Positions 51,170 to 64,000 of a DNA stretch of 64,000 bases are shown in pieces. The position numbers and the translations under genes are program-made. Numbering within the stretch: the first letter of the stretch is position 1; the number at the start of each line of letters is the position of its first letter. This stretch comes from Camelus dromedarius. Its lineage: Eukaryota. The DNA lies in the NCBI RefSeq assembly GCF_036321535.1, contig NC_087437.1:19098001-19162000 (forward strand), read 5' to 3'. The notes beneath the pieces are model-generated. The model was not told the DNA's origin. It saw nothing but the letters and a program-made list of their open reading frames with translations, and searched no databases.

Positions 51170-51360
51170 AGAATGGACTCTGGAATGAGACAGACAGACG
51201 TGAGATCAAATGCCTATTTTGTGTCTTGCTGTGTGACCACAGGCAGGTCGCCTAACCTCTCCGAGACCCGACTTGTCTCATCTGTGAAATGGAAATAGTA
51301 TCCATTTCTGAGGGTCATTTACAATTTGCATGATGTGATGGATGTCAAGCACCTAGCCCA
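51170..51360 (+). mobile_element. MIR SINE
   Basis: ggactctggaatgagacagac...gctgtgtgaccacaggcaggtcgcctaacctctccgag...tcatctgtgaaatgg. Confidence 0.75.
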
Positions 51361-51544
51361 GACTCCGTTTTGTCCAGGCTGATGGAGGAAGGTGAAGTTT
51401 AGAGGCAGAGACTTTGTAGCGTCAGAGAGAAGCATCAGATGAGGATTTTAAAAGATTGTAGTTTTACAGCTGATTCACTTTGGGAAAGTCACATCTCTAA
51501 GGAACTCAAGTTTTCCCACTTAAAGCATTGGGGAGGCAGACGTG

Positions 51545-51750
51545 TGGATTGTGTGGAGTGGTCAAGAGCCCAGGTTGGGAGCCCAGCTGCCTAGGCTCAA
51601 ATCCTGGCCATGTGACCTTGGATCACTTCACTGTGGCGTGTGAATTTCCTTCTCTGTAAAACAGAATTGTTGTGAGAATCAGCGTGTGGGCGGCCTGATA
51701 GCGATGCTTCACGTGTGATGAGGGCTGTGCGAGCGTTGGCTCTGCCATTA
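51545..51750 (+). mobile_element. MIR SINE
   Basis: gagtggtcaagagc...ggctcaaatcctggcc...tgtgaccttgga...ctgtaaaac...ttgttgtgagaatc. Confidence 0.7.
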
Positions 51751-54741
51751 TTCTTCCGAGGTTGTTCTCTTAGGTCCCTTCTGGCTCTGTCGCTTTTTCA
51801 TCTGCTGCCTCTGCCCACAAATTTGTCAGGGAAAGTCTTATTTTTATTTTCTTCTTCAACATGAAGGTAACTGCAAACATATTGTTGAAAGAAAATAAAA
51901 GGTACTTTTCAGGCTTTCGTCTGCAATAACTTAAAGAAAAAGACCCAGGAAAAAAAAAAATCAAGGACCCAGCACTGTCTTGATTCTGTACAAATGTTTG
52001 CCTCCTTCAAAGAGGCAAGAAAACGAGTTCTGCCAGATCTGATTGTGCAGACCCGGAGGATCTGATCGCCTGTCACTAAGGCTACTAATCAAATTTCCAT
52101 CCAATATGCTCACGCAGGATTTCCTGATCAAACACTTAAGCCTGCCCCTCTGCACCCCCATTAGCTAACATGTTTTATATGCAGAGGGGTCATCAAAAGT
52201 GTAATTGCCTTAAAGAAACTTAATCCTGCATTCTTGTCAACTTGAAGATAGCTAATAATGCTCGCTGGCTGATACTTTTCCAACCTCAAGAGCGCACCAG
52301 AAATTAGGATTTTGTTCTTAGTCTTCCTCACGGCAGATGTTGAAATCTAGGTGGACTGATGATCTTTCATGGGCCAGGTAAAAATAAATAAAGAAATAAA
52401 GATGAGTCTTCTCCAAAGTTAATTGGCTTTTCTGGGAAAACACATCGCTGCCACATGATACCAGAAAACGAGAACAGGCTGGGGGAAAATCCAAACCCGG
52501 CGGTTTTTCAGAGTCGGTGTAGCAGTATTCTGGGCTCCAAGTTCAAACCCTACATGTGAATGTTTATAAGGATATTGCATCCATTTTACATCCATATTAA
52601 TTTGATCTGCTAACATTCTGAAGTGCTTGCAAAAGAAGTTTGCTGGATGCCTGATGAGAAAGTGCCTCACAAAGTGAAAGTACAGCACAAGAAAGGAATG
52701 ATGTGATTACTGATCTCAGTGTTAACTGTTGTATTTAATAAAAGTAATTAAAAACATGGTGTGATTGACATTGGTTAATTATGTGGGTACATTCTAAACA
52801 TGTCATGTACCTAACATTTCAGTATATTGCCATGTTTTATAGATTCCAATATTCTTGTTTGGTCAGTTTTTCAGGGAATTATTTTCTTGAAAATTGAGGG
52901 GTTTTTTTTAAGCTCATATTTCACAAAGGTGTTTCTCATCTTTGAAGCAGATTTTTTGATTCCATTTCAAATAATCACAAATCATGTCCACACCCCCCCC
53001 CCACCTTTTTGTTAACAGGTTGAAACTAGCTTTGGCCTGAGAAGTTGTCATGTTTGTCATATCCGTGTGCAGATATGTGTGTCTGCACACGTGGGCTTGC
53101 ACACATATACCCTCACGGACACAGCAACGACTCTTGCTGGAACTTGCGGTTTGAATGAGAAAGGTCCCCAGTCAGGCTGGGACAAGCAGGTCAGGAAATT
53201 TAACCTGACTCTCCCAACCCCAGTCATCATCGGCAGGGCCTGAAAAGGCCAGGTTTGTTAGGACTCAAGGATCCTTGGTGTCTGAGTGGCAAAATCGATT
53301 TGAGGTCCTGTCTGTTCTGTTCTAACATTTGCCCCAGACTCCTCCACCCCACATGAGTGACTCTCCCCTGCTTCTGTGCATGGTGCTGGGGTTTCTCTTG
53401 ATGGGGGTACAGGGTGAGTGTGATGACCCTTGACTCCACTCTGGGGTAAGGTTAGGGGTCACTTGCATGGCCTTGCTTCATGGCTTTGGGAGGACAAAGA
53501 AAATGTGTTCCTTGTGTTTGCAGGGGAGAACAGAGCCTGCCACGAGGGCCTGGAGAGGCCAGTGTAAAACGGCTTGTATGACAAAGAGAGGGAGGCAGGG
53601 TACACGTTTCAGCCAGATCTGGGTACAAGCCTGGGAGGGAAGGAGAGGTCTCCCTTTACAGATGAGAGATTAAGTATTTTGTCAGTGCCATAGGGGTCTT
53701 TAGTACCACCCTCCCACCCCCTCGCCTCCAATCCCAAGGATAAAACCCAACCCTGCCCACCTCCTCAGCTCTCCTTCTGTCCAGAACTCCACCCTGCCCT
53801 CTAAAGAAACACTGCACACTGGCCCCCTGCTAGGGACACGCATGCGCACACAGTCACCCGGGACACGACACCCCCATGACTTCAGTGACTGTGTGTTCTG
53901 GAACTGTGCACACAGAGGAGAAAGGACATCTCTGGATGGGACGCCCTGCGAGAAAATCCTCAGACGTTTTGACGTAAATTGTCCTGGGCGGCATCAGGAG
54001 GAGGCTTGGGAGGAGGGCTTTCTGAACTCTCATCAGCATCTCTCTCCCAACCCTGGAGGTAAAGTCTCGGTAGAGAAACACATCAATTAAGGAATAAAGA
54101 AAGAAAGAAATTACAGTTTATGTCAATTCCATGCTTTTGCTGAGCAACTTTAGCTCTAAGACAAATCTCCTAGCCACCTCCCTGCCTTCTTAACATCTGT
54201 CCTGATGCTTTTCTGTATAAACGTTGAGGTGGCCTCTGCTCACAAGGGTCTAGACTGGCCATTTAGACATATTTCATTTGTTCCATACAGTTACTCTGCA
54301 TTTTGTCAGGCCCTTATTTAGGAGCTGAGCACACACAGGTGAGCAAGACCTGTCGCAGATCCCACAGGCTTTCAATGGCGTTTAAATGTTCAGGTGGCCC
54401 TTGGGTTGAAAGGCTGGGTAAGAGGCTTCCTACATTTGTGTTTGCAGAAAAGACATGCCATGTACAGAGCTACTATAAGAAAGCAATGCCTAGCGCATTC
54501 TTACTACAGAAGGGTATCTCTTTCTTTATTCCTCAACGTAATCAGGTCTTTGGGCTCATCTCAGGCTGGGTGGAACAGAGGCAGAGAAACAGTTCATTTT
54601 AAGGCAGTTTGGGTGGCTTGTGGAAGACTGATTGTCACTTGATTGCATGGGATGTCCCATGTCTGATTTGAGAACTTAGTCAACAATATGGTATTTTGCT
54701 AGTTAAAAAGAAAAAAAGATCCTTATAGGGTGGGTGGAACA

Positions 54742-54837
54742 GTGAGGGTATAGCTCAGTGGTAGAGCGCATGCTTAGCATGCATGAGGTCATGGGTTGGA
54801 TCCCCAGTATCTCTGTTAAATCAAAATTTAAAAAAAA
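54742..54837 (+). mobile_element. tRNA-Ala-derived SINE (Vic-1 type), short-tail form
   Basis: gagggtatagctcagtggtagagcgcatgcttagcatgcatgaggtcatgggttggatccccagtatctc plus an A-rich tail. Confidence 0.9.
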
Positions 54838-57109
54838 TCCATAACAGTTGAATGTAAATCTCATTTGATTTGTTAGTATGTCATAAACTCAGAGTATTGT
54901 CCATGCTTGAAGAGCCCCTAAATGGAGACTCCCCATTTCACAGATGGGGACACTGAGGCTGGGTGGGTAAAGGACTTACCCAGAGTGGCAGTGTGAATCA
55001 TCAGGTAGCAGATGATGTGTTTCTATTACTGGGGCATTTTCCAACGAGTTTATAGAAATAGAATAGAAGGACCACAACTAGAATGGTCTCCCTTACCCCT
55101 GGCAGCCACATAACTTGACACAGCTCAGGAAGTAATTCCAATGTCAAGAGTTTTCACATATTTTTCGACTTTGTTTTACCAAAACGCATCTGCTGTTCAG
55201 AAACATCCTCACGTCTTTTAAGAGAAACATCTCGAAAGGACAATGGGAATATTTTCTATTTTTATAATGATGTCTGATCCTTTACCTTTGGGAGATTTGT
55301 ATTTAAATCAACGCAGCTTGCCAACTTCCCTTAAAGAAAAAGTCATTAAATTTCCAATTGGAAATTTGAGCATAAATGAGAGATTTCAAATGAAAACAGT
55401 GAGGAATTCTGCGAAGGCATCTGATCCTGCATCATACTCCCAAATCTTCTTTAAATTAGCTCTATGTCAAAAGGCTATGTGGAAAGACCTTTTCTTTTGT
55501 CTGATAAAGGAAAAATTGGAACAATATCGCTTCACTTTAGGATCCAGGCGATCATTTGGTTTCATTCCAAGGGGAGGGTTTTTTTTTTTTTTCTTTTTAA
55601 ACTTTGGTCTGTAACTGCACATGTGTATGACTTTAATCATTTTCTCCCATAGCTTTATTGCCATTTAAGCTATTCTCTCCTTACTGACCTTCCCTCAAAT
55701 CAGATGGGTGGATCTTGTCTATGACAGGGCATTTAGCTCCATCAGCAGAGAAATATTTTAGCTCAATGTATATAACATTGCTTTGGTGGAAGAAAATAAA
55801 GGTTCTTCTGAAAAGGCAGCTGGAGAGCAAGATGAGTTCATTGCCCCAGTGCCTCCTGGGGCTGTTCCTTATCAAAGCATGTGATTCCATATCAAAAAAA
55901 CGTGACCATGGAGAAACACTTAAAGACCCATGACTCCATTAGAATCTCCTCCAGTTTCACCCATTGCTTTCTTCTGGGATCTCAATGACCAAGGTAATTC
56001 TTTACCAAGACATAGAGCCTGAATCTGTCCTCAAGGGAAGTCCTCCCATAGATGGTGTGACCCTACTAGCCTGATGCCATCTCCTATCCTAAGATCAGCC
56101 TGGCCCCTTGGTCTCTCTAGTGATGTGTCTCTGATGCTGGGCTGAGGTCAGAAGGGGCAAAGGTCTTAGTGTCACAGACTTCCTGGGAACCAAAGACAGA
56201 CTAGGCTGCAGCCAAGTCATTAGGCCACGTCAGAGACTGTTGTTTCTGGACTCTGTGCTTCATTCCTTCCTCCACTTGTTCTATCAACAAACAGGGATGA
56301 ATACCTACTTTGTGTCCATCCCCACCAGGAACCGGTTCCAAGTCATGGGTCCTCATGGAGAGTTAGCAAATTCCAATATGGAATAGATGTGGCAGAACTG
56401 AGGGAATGGGCTACCTTCTTTAAGTCCAGAAATTGCCCAGTGTCCTTTCCATGAAGCGATGCTCTTCCCATTGTGTCTGAATCTTAGAACACATTGGAGC
56501 GTTTGGGATTCTTTAACCAGTCGAGAAGTAATGAGGGAATATTTCAGATATTTAGAGCAGAACCAAAACTATGAGCTAATTACAGGTACATTTACTCCGA
56601 AAATTCTCCCTAACGGGAAGAGATGTAGTGGGAAGGTAGAGTGGGATGGAGCCCAATCCAGATCTTTACATTTCTTTCTTGTCAAGGTATCAATAAATCT
56701 GTTTCTTCTCTTTTCTCTTCTCCTCTGTCCTCCCCCACCCCTTCTCTTTCCTGTCTCTCTCCCTCCCTTCTGCCTTCTCCCTTTTTCTTTCTTTTTCTTT
56801 TCCTCTTTGCTCCAGGAATAGAACTATCACCTCCAAAAGAGATACACAGAAACTGTTTTTCCAGAATGGTCTTTAGCTTGCCCTTCATGATCAGCCCCAG
56901 ATAAATGTGACATTTCAGATTCAGGCTTTCAGCACCCTCCCAGTCCTTTCTGGCCTCTTTCCTCTGCCCGCATTTCCTTCCTCCTCCTTCCTCTTCTTCC
57001 TCCAGCTGTCCCTTCCCTCAAAAAACCTATTTTTCATCAAGAGTTTAGGAACTTTTTGCCTTTCTTCAAGAGGCATTTGGATTTAAAAAAAATTTGTTTT
57101 ACGCTTTAA

Positions 57110-57326
57110 AAATTTTTATTTTTTATTGAAGTACAGTCAGTTACAATATGTCAGTTTCTGGTGTATAGCACAATGTGCCAGTCATGTATATACATACATA
57201 TATTCATTTTCATATTCTTTTTCATTAAAGGTTATTACAAGATATTGACTATAGTTCCATGTGCTATACAGAAGAAATTTTTTAAATCTATTTTTATATA
57301 CAGTGGCTAACATTTGCAAATCTCAA
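57110..57326 (-). mobile_element. Young L1 3'UTR terminus
   Basis: tttttattgaagtacagtcagttacaat...gtggctaacatttgcaaatctcaaa; same family as 63472-64000. Confidence 0.88.
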
Positions 57327-58219
57327 ATAAGAACTGAGAACGCAGTGTTCAGACATGCTCCTGGTATTCATTTTGGAGCTCTTGTGTGGGGACAAAAACA
57401 GAATCTCTAGGTTGCTCTATCTGCTGTCAGTTCCAGGGATTGGCGGACGACTTCTTTGGTACCTACACCATGTGGGGCATTGCCTTCTCCTCCTACTCTA
57501 GACTGTGGGGCTCCCGGAGGGCAGGAACTGTGTCATGTTTATACTTGTGTGCCCAGAACCCAGCTCCAAGTTGGTGCACAGACAGGGCTGCTCAGAAGGA
57601 AGAACGGATTTGTGGGCAGCGTCAGCCCTCTTCTCTGAAATTCTTAGGAACCTATATTAGATTATGGTGCCACTCTTCTTTCCTACTTCTTTTCTCTCCT
57701 CTCCCACCTTCTGTTTTTCCTCACATGGCTTTTCCGGTAACTAGCAAACCAGTGAATGGGATCCATATGATTTTCGCTTTGGGGAATTTTGAAAAACTTT
57801 TTTGTAGAATGATTAATTCCCCCTAATTATTCACGTATGTCTGGGGAAAGTGGATATTGTTAGTTTGTTGACTATTAAGTTCTATTTATAACTATTAGAG
57901 CAAGAGTGTTATTCATTTTTGCCCCAACTTATTTTTTTTCCATGTCATTTGTTGATTTCTGAGATGGAAATGTTAAAATCTCCCATTTTGATGATAGATT
58001 TGTCTCTTTCTCCCTTTGGTTTCTGGTTTTGCTTTATGTATTTTTAATATTTGAGTTAGGTGTGTAGAGATTCATGATACATCTTTTAGGTGTTTATCAG
58101 TACAAAATATCCCTCTTTGCCCCTTTAAATTTTTTTTTTCTTTTTGGTCAAGCATTCTATGCTTTCTGATATTAATACTGTTACCGTTCTCTTTATCTTT
58201 TGCCTTATATGTATTTTTC

Positions 58220-58815
58220 TCTTTTTTAACATTTTTTATTGATTTATAATCATTTTACAATGTTGTGTCAAATTCCAGTGTAGAGCACAATTTTTCAGTT
58301 ATACATGAACATACATATATTCATTGTCACATTTTTTTCTCTGTGAGCTACCAAAAGATTTTGTATATATTTCCCTGTGCTATACAGTATAATCTTGTTT
58401 AGCTATTCTACAATTTTGAAATCCCAGTCTATCCCTTCCCACCCCCCGCCCCCTTGGCAACCACAAGTTTGTATTCTATGTCTGTGAGTCTATTTCTGTT
58501 TTGTATTTATGCTTTGTTTGTTTGTTTTTTTTTAGATTCCACATATGAGCGATCTCATATGGTATTTTTCTTTCTCTTTCTGGCTTACTTCACTTAGAAT
58601 GACATTCTCCAGGAGCACCCATGTTGCTGCAAATGGCGTTATGTTGTTGGTTTTTATGGCTGAGTAGTATTCCATTATATAAATATACCACATCTTCTTT
58701 ATCCAGTCACCTGTTGATGGACATTTAGGCTGTTTCCATGTCTTGGCTATTGTAAATAATGCTGCTATGAACATTGGGGTGCAGGTGTCTCCCTGAAGTA
58801 GGGTTCCTTCTGGAA
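58220..58815 (-). mobile_element. Young L1 3' end
   Basis: Minus ORF 58532-58774 ([32 protein letters not shown]...EKEKYHMRSLICGI) is the ORF2 C-terminus. Confidence 0.92.
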
Positions 58816-58984
58816 AATATAGAATATTTTTTTTTCTTTCGTTTTAAAATTTTTTGTTCTCAGTAGGATGGGTTTGAGATCATGTTACTATCAGTTTAAT
58901 AAAAACAGTTACAGTATTTTTCTCTTGAGAAGGTTTTTTAAATTTTTTAAATTTTATTTTTTTTAAGACTTATTTTTCAGTCCA

Positions 58985-59127
58985 TTTTTATTTATTTATT
59001 TATTTTGTGAGTGTGGCGGGGGGAGGTAATTAGGTTTATTTATTTATTTAATGGAGGTAGTGGTGATTGAACCCAGGATCTCGTGCATGCTAAGTATGCA
59101 CTTTACCACTGAGCTATATCCTCCCCC
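58985..59127 (-). mobile_element. tRNA-Ala-derived SINE (Vic-1 type), long-tail form
   Basis: Reverse of ggggaggatatagctcagtggtaaagtgcatacttagcatgcacgagatcctgggttcaatc, with the aaataaacctaattacctcccc tail. Confidence 0.9.
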
Positions 59128-59581
59128 AAAGAAGATTAATTTTTTAAATAGAAGAATATAGAGATATGAAGAGCACATGTATTCACACGACTGAGAATTA
59201 ATAACCATTGACATTTTCTTCCTTTTTCTTTCTTGTTAAGAGGTAAAACATCACAGTAAGAGCTAAAGTTCTTTTAACCACACTCCTGTCTCCCCCAGGC
59301 TTCCCTGAAGCCCCCACTATTGTGAATTTGGTGGATGTTCTTCTCATCTGTTACTTGTGCTTTTATGTACATGCGGGTCATTCCTGAACAGTATGCAATA
59401 AGATTTTTATAGTTTTTAATCTACGTAAATGTTGTCATACTTTATGTAACATTCTGCACATTCCATTTTAAACTCACAGTGTTTTTTTTTTAATCCACCT
59501 TGTTGATGCATGTAGATGTATTCTTTTAACTGCTATATAGAATACAATCATATAATAAAACACCACATTTTATTTACATAT

Positions 59582-60364
59582 ATACTTATTTAAGAAAATT
59601 TTTCTATTGAAGTATAGTTTACTTACAATATTGTGTTAGTTTCTGGTATACAGCAAAGTCATACATGTATATACATACTCTTTTTCATACTCTTTTCCAT
59701 TATGGTTTATTATAGGATATTGAGGATAGAGCCCTTTGCTATACAGTAAGACCTTGTTGTTTATCTATCTTATATATAGTAGTTTGTATCTGCTAATCCC
59801 AGATTCACAATTTATCCCTTCCCCATCCCCTCTGCCCTTTGGTAACCATAAGTTTGTTTTTTATGTCTGTGAGTCTGTTACTGTTTCATAAATAAGTTTA
59901 TTTTTGTCATATTTTAGATTCCACATATAAGTGATATCATATGGTATTTATCTTTCTCTGTCTGACTTATTTCACTTATTATGATAATCTCTAGGTCCAT
60001 CCAGGTTACTGTAAGTGGCAGCACTTCATCCTTTTTTATGGCCGAGTATTATTCCATTTTATATATGTGTACCACATCTTTATCCATTCATCTGTTGATG
60101 GACATTTACATTGCTTCCGTGTCTTGACTATTCTAAATAGAGCTGCTATGAACATTGGGGTGCATGTATCTTTTCAAATCCAGTTTTCTCTGGATATATG
60201 CCCAGGAGTGGGATTGCTGTATCATTTGGCAACTCTATTTTTAGTTTTTTTTTTTAAGAAACTCCATACTATTTTCCAAAGTGACTGCACCAATTTACGT
60301 TCCCACCAACAGTGCAGGAGAGTTCCTTTTTCTCCACATCCTCTCTAGAATTTATTTGTGGACT
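59582..60364 (-). mobile_element. L1 3' end nested in old L1ME
   Basis: L1 3'UTR and ORF2 end; perfect TSD ttttatttacatat at 59568-59581 and 60365-60378. Confidence 0.9.
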
Positions 60365-62034
60365 TTTTATTTACATATTTAGATATTGATGCACATTTAT
60401 ATAGTTTCCCATTTTCTGCTCTTACAGACAATGCTGCCAGGTACACCCTTATACACGACTAAATATTTCATTCTGCATCTCTGATTACACATGGGAGGTC
60501 TTCTCACGGGTGTATACCAGGTAGTGGAGTCTCTGAGCTGTGGAACATGTGCATTTGTACTCTTAGTGGATTCTGCCAATGGCTGTACCAGTGATACCTT
60601 GTACTCCCGGTAACATACAAGATCGCCCTTCTTTCCACTTCCTCATCCATACTTGATATTGTAAATACTTTAAAATATTTGCCCATCTGTCAGATGCAAA
60701 ACAAAATACTATTTGTTGTTTTAATTTGCATTTTCATAGAATTGAACATGTTTATTGGCTTTGAAATTTTCCTCTTTTGGTGCAGGATATGTGGGGGGAA
60801 TATGGGAATATCATTCTTCCATTTCTTAGATACTTTTCTACTTTTTTTCAACCTAATCTGTGACTTTGAAGAGAATTTTTTAATTTATTAAAGTATTTAT
60901 ATTTCTGAATGCATTCCTGACATCTCATTTTCTTATTGTCTTTTTTGTGTATGTTTTTCTTTCCTATTCTTTTTTGTGCAGATAAAGTTTACTTAGTTCC
61001 GTTTTTATTCTGTGGTTGCCTATAAATTTTTATTGTCAATATGTAAAGATATTCCATTTATGTATAGAGTTAGTAGCATCTTAGATCTTTTGCTCTGGAG
61101 TCTTCCATCCTCTGAAGAGAAGTTTATAGATGGAGCACCTTCTGAATCTTTGAATGTCTGAACGCACCTTTAGTCTGCTTTCACATTGTTTGGCTGGGTA
61201 TAGAACTTTAGGTCCAAAATCTGTCATTTGATTTATTTTAACTCTCAAAACATTAGTTATTTCTCTATTACTTTCTTGCCTTTAGTGTTGCTTGTAAGAA
61301 GTCTCTTGTTAATATGATTTTTGTGCCTCTATGTATTATTTATTTTTCTCCTCTCTGGGAATATCTAGGAATAAAAAGAATTCTTTGTGAAACTATGAGG
61401 TGTGAATTATTGACTCTTTATTATTTATCATTGAGTTCACTGATACTCATTTTCAGCCAACTTAGTACTTGGTTTATCTTTTTAATTTTGGCATCTTCAA
61501 CTTTGGGAAATTGTCGTTTACTATTTCTTAATTTCCTCCTTTTCCTTGAACTTCTAGTGCAGAGCTGAGTTTATCATTCTCAGTTCACACTCCTTCATCT
61601 GTTGGTATGTGCATAACATCTCTTGTTTAATTTTATCATTTTCCCTTCTCATCACTAATTACACTTCCATTCCCTCTCTCTCTGCAATGGCATCCGTTCT
61701 AATGCTTTTGGTATATATCCCTGCCATATATAGTGTTTTTATTTGTGTACATATTTTTTCCTCTTTTTCTAGACCTCAGGTTCAGAGATGAGTTTATCAA
61801 ACTGCTCACTTCATGAGCTAGTGCCGTTATTTGTCAATTCAGGGTCCCCCTCTTTTTAATTTATTCCATTTTGTTCCCTTGACTACTCCAACCCCTTTCT
61901 CCTCATCCTTGGACATTTCTGTGTTCTTATAAAATGTGTGGAGTTGTTCATCTGTGAAAATGTTTTCAATCTATACATATTGGCACTTTAGAGCTTGAAT
62001 GCCTTACACTTTTCACTGGCCACTGGCTTTTTAA

Positions 62035-62460
62035 AATTTTTTAAACATTGGGATAGAGTTGATTTACAATATTATGTTAGTTTCAAGTGTACAACATAGT
62101 GATTCAAAATTTTATAGATTATACTCCATTTATAGTTATTATAAAATATTGGCCAAATTCCTTGTGCTGTATAATATATTCTTGTAGCTTATTTCTTTTA
62201 TACATTGCAGTTTGTCCCTCTTAATTCCCTACCCTTAGTTTGCCCCTCTCCTCTTTCCTCTCCCCCCTGGTAACCACTGGTTTGTTCTCTATATCTGTGA
62301 GTCTGTTTCTTTTTTGTTTATATTCACTAGTTTGTTTTATTTTTTTGATTCCACATGTAAGTGGTAACATACAGTATTTGTCTTTCTTTGCCTGACTGAT
62401 TTCACTCAGCATAATACCCTCCAGGTCCATTCATGTTATTGTAAATGACAAAATCTCATT

Positions 62461-62511
<51 letters not shown>

Positions 62512-63470
62512 CATTTTCTTTACCCATTCATCTTTTGATGGACACTTAGGTTGCTTCTATATCTTGGCTGTTACAAATAATGCTGCTTTGAACATTGTGG
62601 TTCATGCATCTTTTCAAATTAGTGTTCTCATTTTCTTTGGAAATACACACAGGAGTAGAATTGCTAGATCATATAGTAATTACATTTTTAGTTTTACACA
62701 GTGGCTGCACCTATTTACATTCTCACCAACAGCGTACAAGGGTTCTCTTTCCCCACATCCTTGCCAATATTTGGAATTTGTTGTCTTTTTGATGATAGTC
62801 ATTCTGACAAGTGAGGTGATCTTTCATTGTTGTTTTGATTTGCATTTTTCTGATGATTAGCATTGTTGAGTCTTTTCATGTGCTTGTTGGCCATCTGTAT
62901 GTCTTCTTTGGAAAAATGACTATTCAGAAATTCTGCCCACTTTTTAATTGGGTTGTTTTGTTATTTTTCATATTGAGTTGTATGAGCTGTTTATATATTT
63001 GGATTTAACTTGTTGGTCATATCATTTGCAAGTGTTTTCTCCCATTCAGTAGGTTGTCTTTTTGTTTTTTCAGTGTTTTCCTTTGCTGTGCAAAAGCTTT
63101 TAAGTTTAATTCGGTTCCATTTGTTTATTTTTGCTTTTGTTTCCTGTGCCTTAGGAGACAGATCTGAAAAAATGTTGCTATGATTTATGTCAGAGTGTTC
63201 TGCCTATAGTTTTATGGTTTCAGGTCTTACATTTAGGTCTTTAATTCATTTTGAGTTTATTTTTGTATATGGTATGAGAAAATGTTTAATTTCATTCTTT
63301 TACATGTAGCTGTCCAGTTTTCCCAGCACCACTTATTGAAGAGATTGTCTTTCTGCGTTGTGTATTCTTGCCTCCTTTTTGTAGATTAATTGACCACAAG
63401 TGTGTGGGCATATTTCTCAACTCTATTCTGTTCCACTGACCTCTGCGTAATTTTTATGCCAGTACCGTAC
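62035..63470 (-). mobile_element. L1 3' ~1.4 kb
   Basis: Minus ORF 62221-62430 (MDLEGIMLSEISQAKKDKYCM); ORF2 sequence continues to tttatgccagtacc. Confidence 0.92.
62464..62509. repeat. (CA)n microsatellite inside L1
   Basis: Directly visible. Confidence 0.97.
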
Positions 63471-63471
63471 T

Positions 63472-64000
63472 ATTATTTTTAACTGAAGTACAGTCAGTCA
63501 CAATGTGTCAATTTCAGGTGTACAGCACAATGTCCCAGTCATGCATATACATACATATATTCGTTTTCATATTCTTTTTCATTAAAAGTTATTACAAGAT
63601 ATTGAGTATAGTTCCTTGTGCTATACAGAAGAAACTTTTTAAAACCCTTTTTTGTACATAGTGGCTAACATTTGCAAATCTCAAACTTCTAAATTTATCC
63701 CTTCCCATCCCCTTTCCCCAGTAACCGTAAGATTGTTTACTGTATCTGTGAGTCTGTTTTTGTTTTGTAGATGAGTTCATAGTGTCCTTTTTCTCCCCCC
63801 CCCCTTTTTTTTTTAAAGATTCCACATATGAGTGATATCATATGGTATTTTTCTTTCTCTTTCTGGCTTACTTTACTTAGAATGACAATCTCTAGGTCCA
63901 TCCATGTTGCTGCAAATGGCATTATTTTATTCTTTTTTATGACTGAGTAGTATTCCATTGTATAAATATATCACAACTTCTTTATCCAGTTATCTGTTGA
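63472..64000 (-). mobile_element. Young L1 3' end (runs off the window)
   Basis: Minus ORF 63737-63958: MEYYSVIKKNKIMPFAATWMDLEIVILSKVSQKEKEKYHMISLICGI. Confidence 0.92.

Larger units (their letters stand above)
57830..61800 (-). mobile_element. Mosaic of old L1ME/HAL1-like fragments hosting younger inserts
   Basis: T-rich decayed L1M sequence (gttaaaatctccc...tgatagatttgtct; ggtagtggagtctctgagctgtgg; tttggctgggtatagaa). Boundaries approximate. Confidence 0.55.

Noticed and set aside
1..64000. CRISPR array, operon or other prokaryotic/viral system
   Set aside because: The sequence is mammalian repeat-rich DNA, with no regularly spaced repeat-spacer array, no dense ORFs and no retroviral gag/pol/env or other viral ORFs seen.

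Overview
Mammalian genomic DNA, most likely a camelid (alpaca, llama or camel): it carries five tRNA-Ala-derived SINEs of the Vic-1 type, and I saw no Alu, B1/B2 or Bov-A/BovB elements. I recognise no established protein-coding gene, RNA gene or CRISPR array, and no prokaryotic system. Much of the window is interspersed repeats: many 5'-truncated LINE-1 copies (several with clear target-site duplications, TSDs), MIR/L2 relics, MaLR LTR pieces and DNA-transposon fossils (MER20, MER63, MER44/Tigger7, MER115-like, a hAT-like remnant). The ~46.1-56 kb block is repeat-poor and looks regulatory. It holds a minus-strand TATA box, a local CpG cluster, a dense CCAAT cluster and canonical-looking splice sites that join in frame into a hypothetical 3-exon transcript (lncRNA or small protein; speculative). 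The best-supported oddities are retrotransposition events: a twin-primed inverted L1 that also contains a captured mRNA-like 3' end, and several nested insertions. Repeat family names come from recalled consensus sequences, not a database search. Boundaries not fixed by TSDs are approximate.
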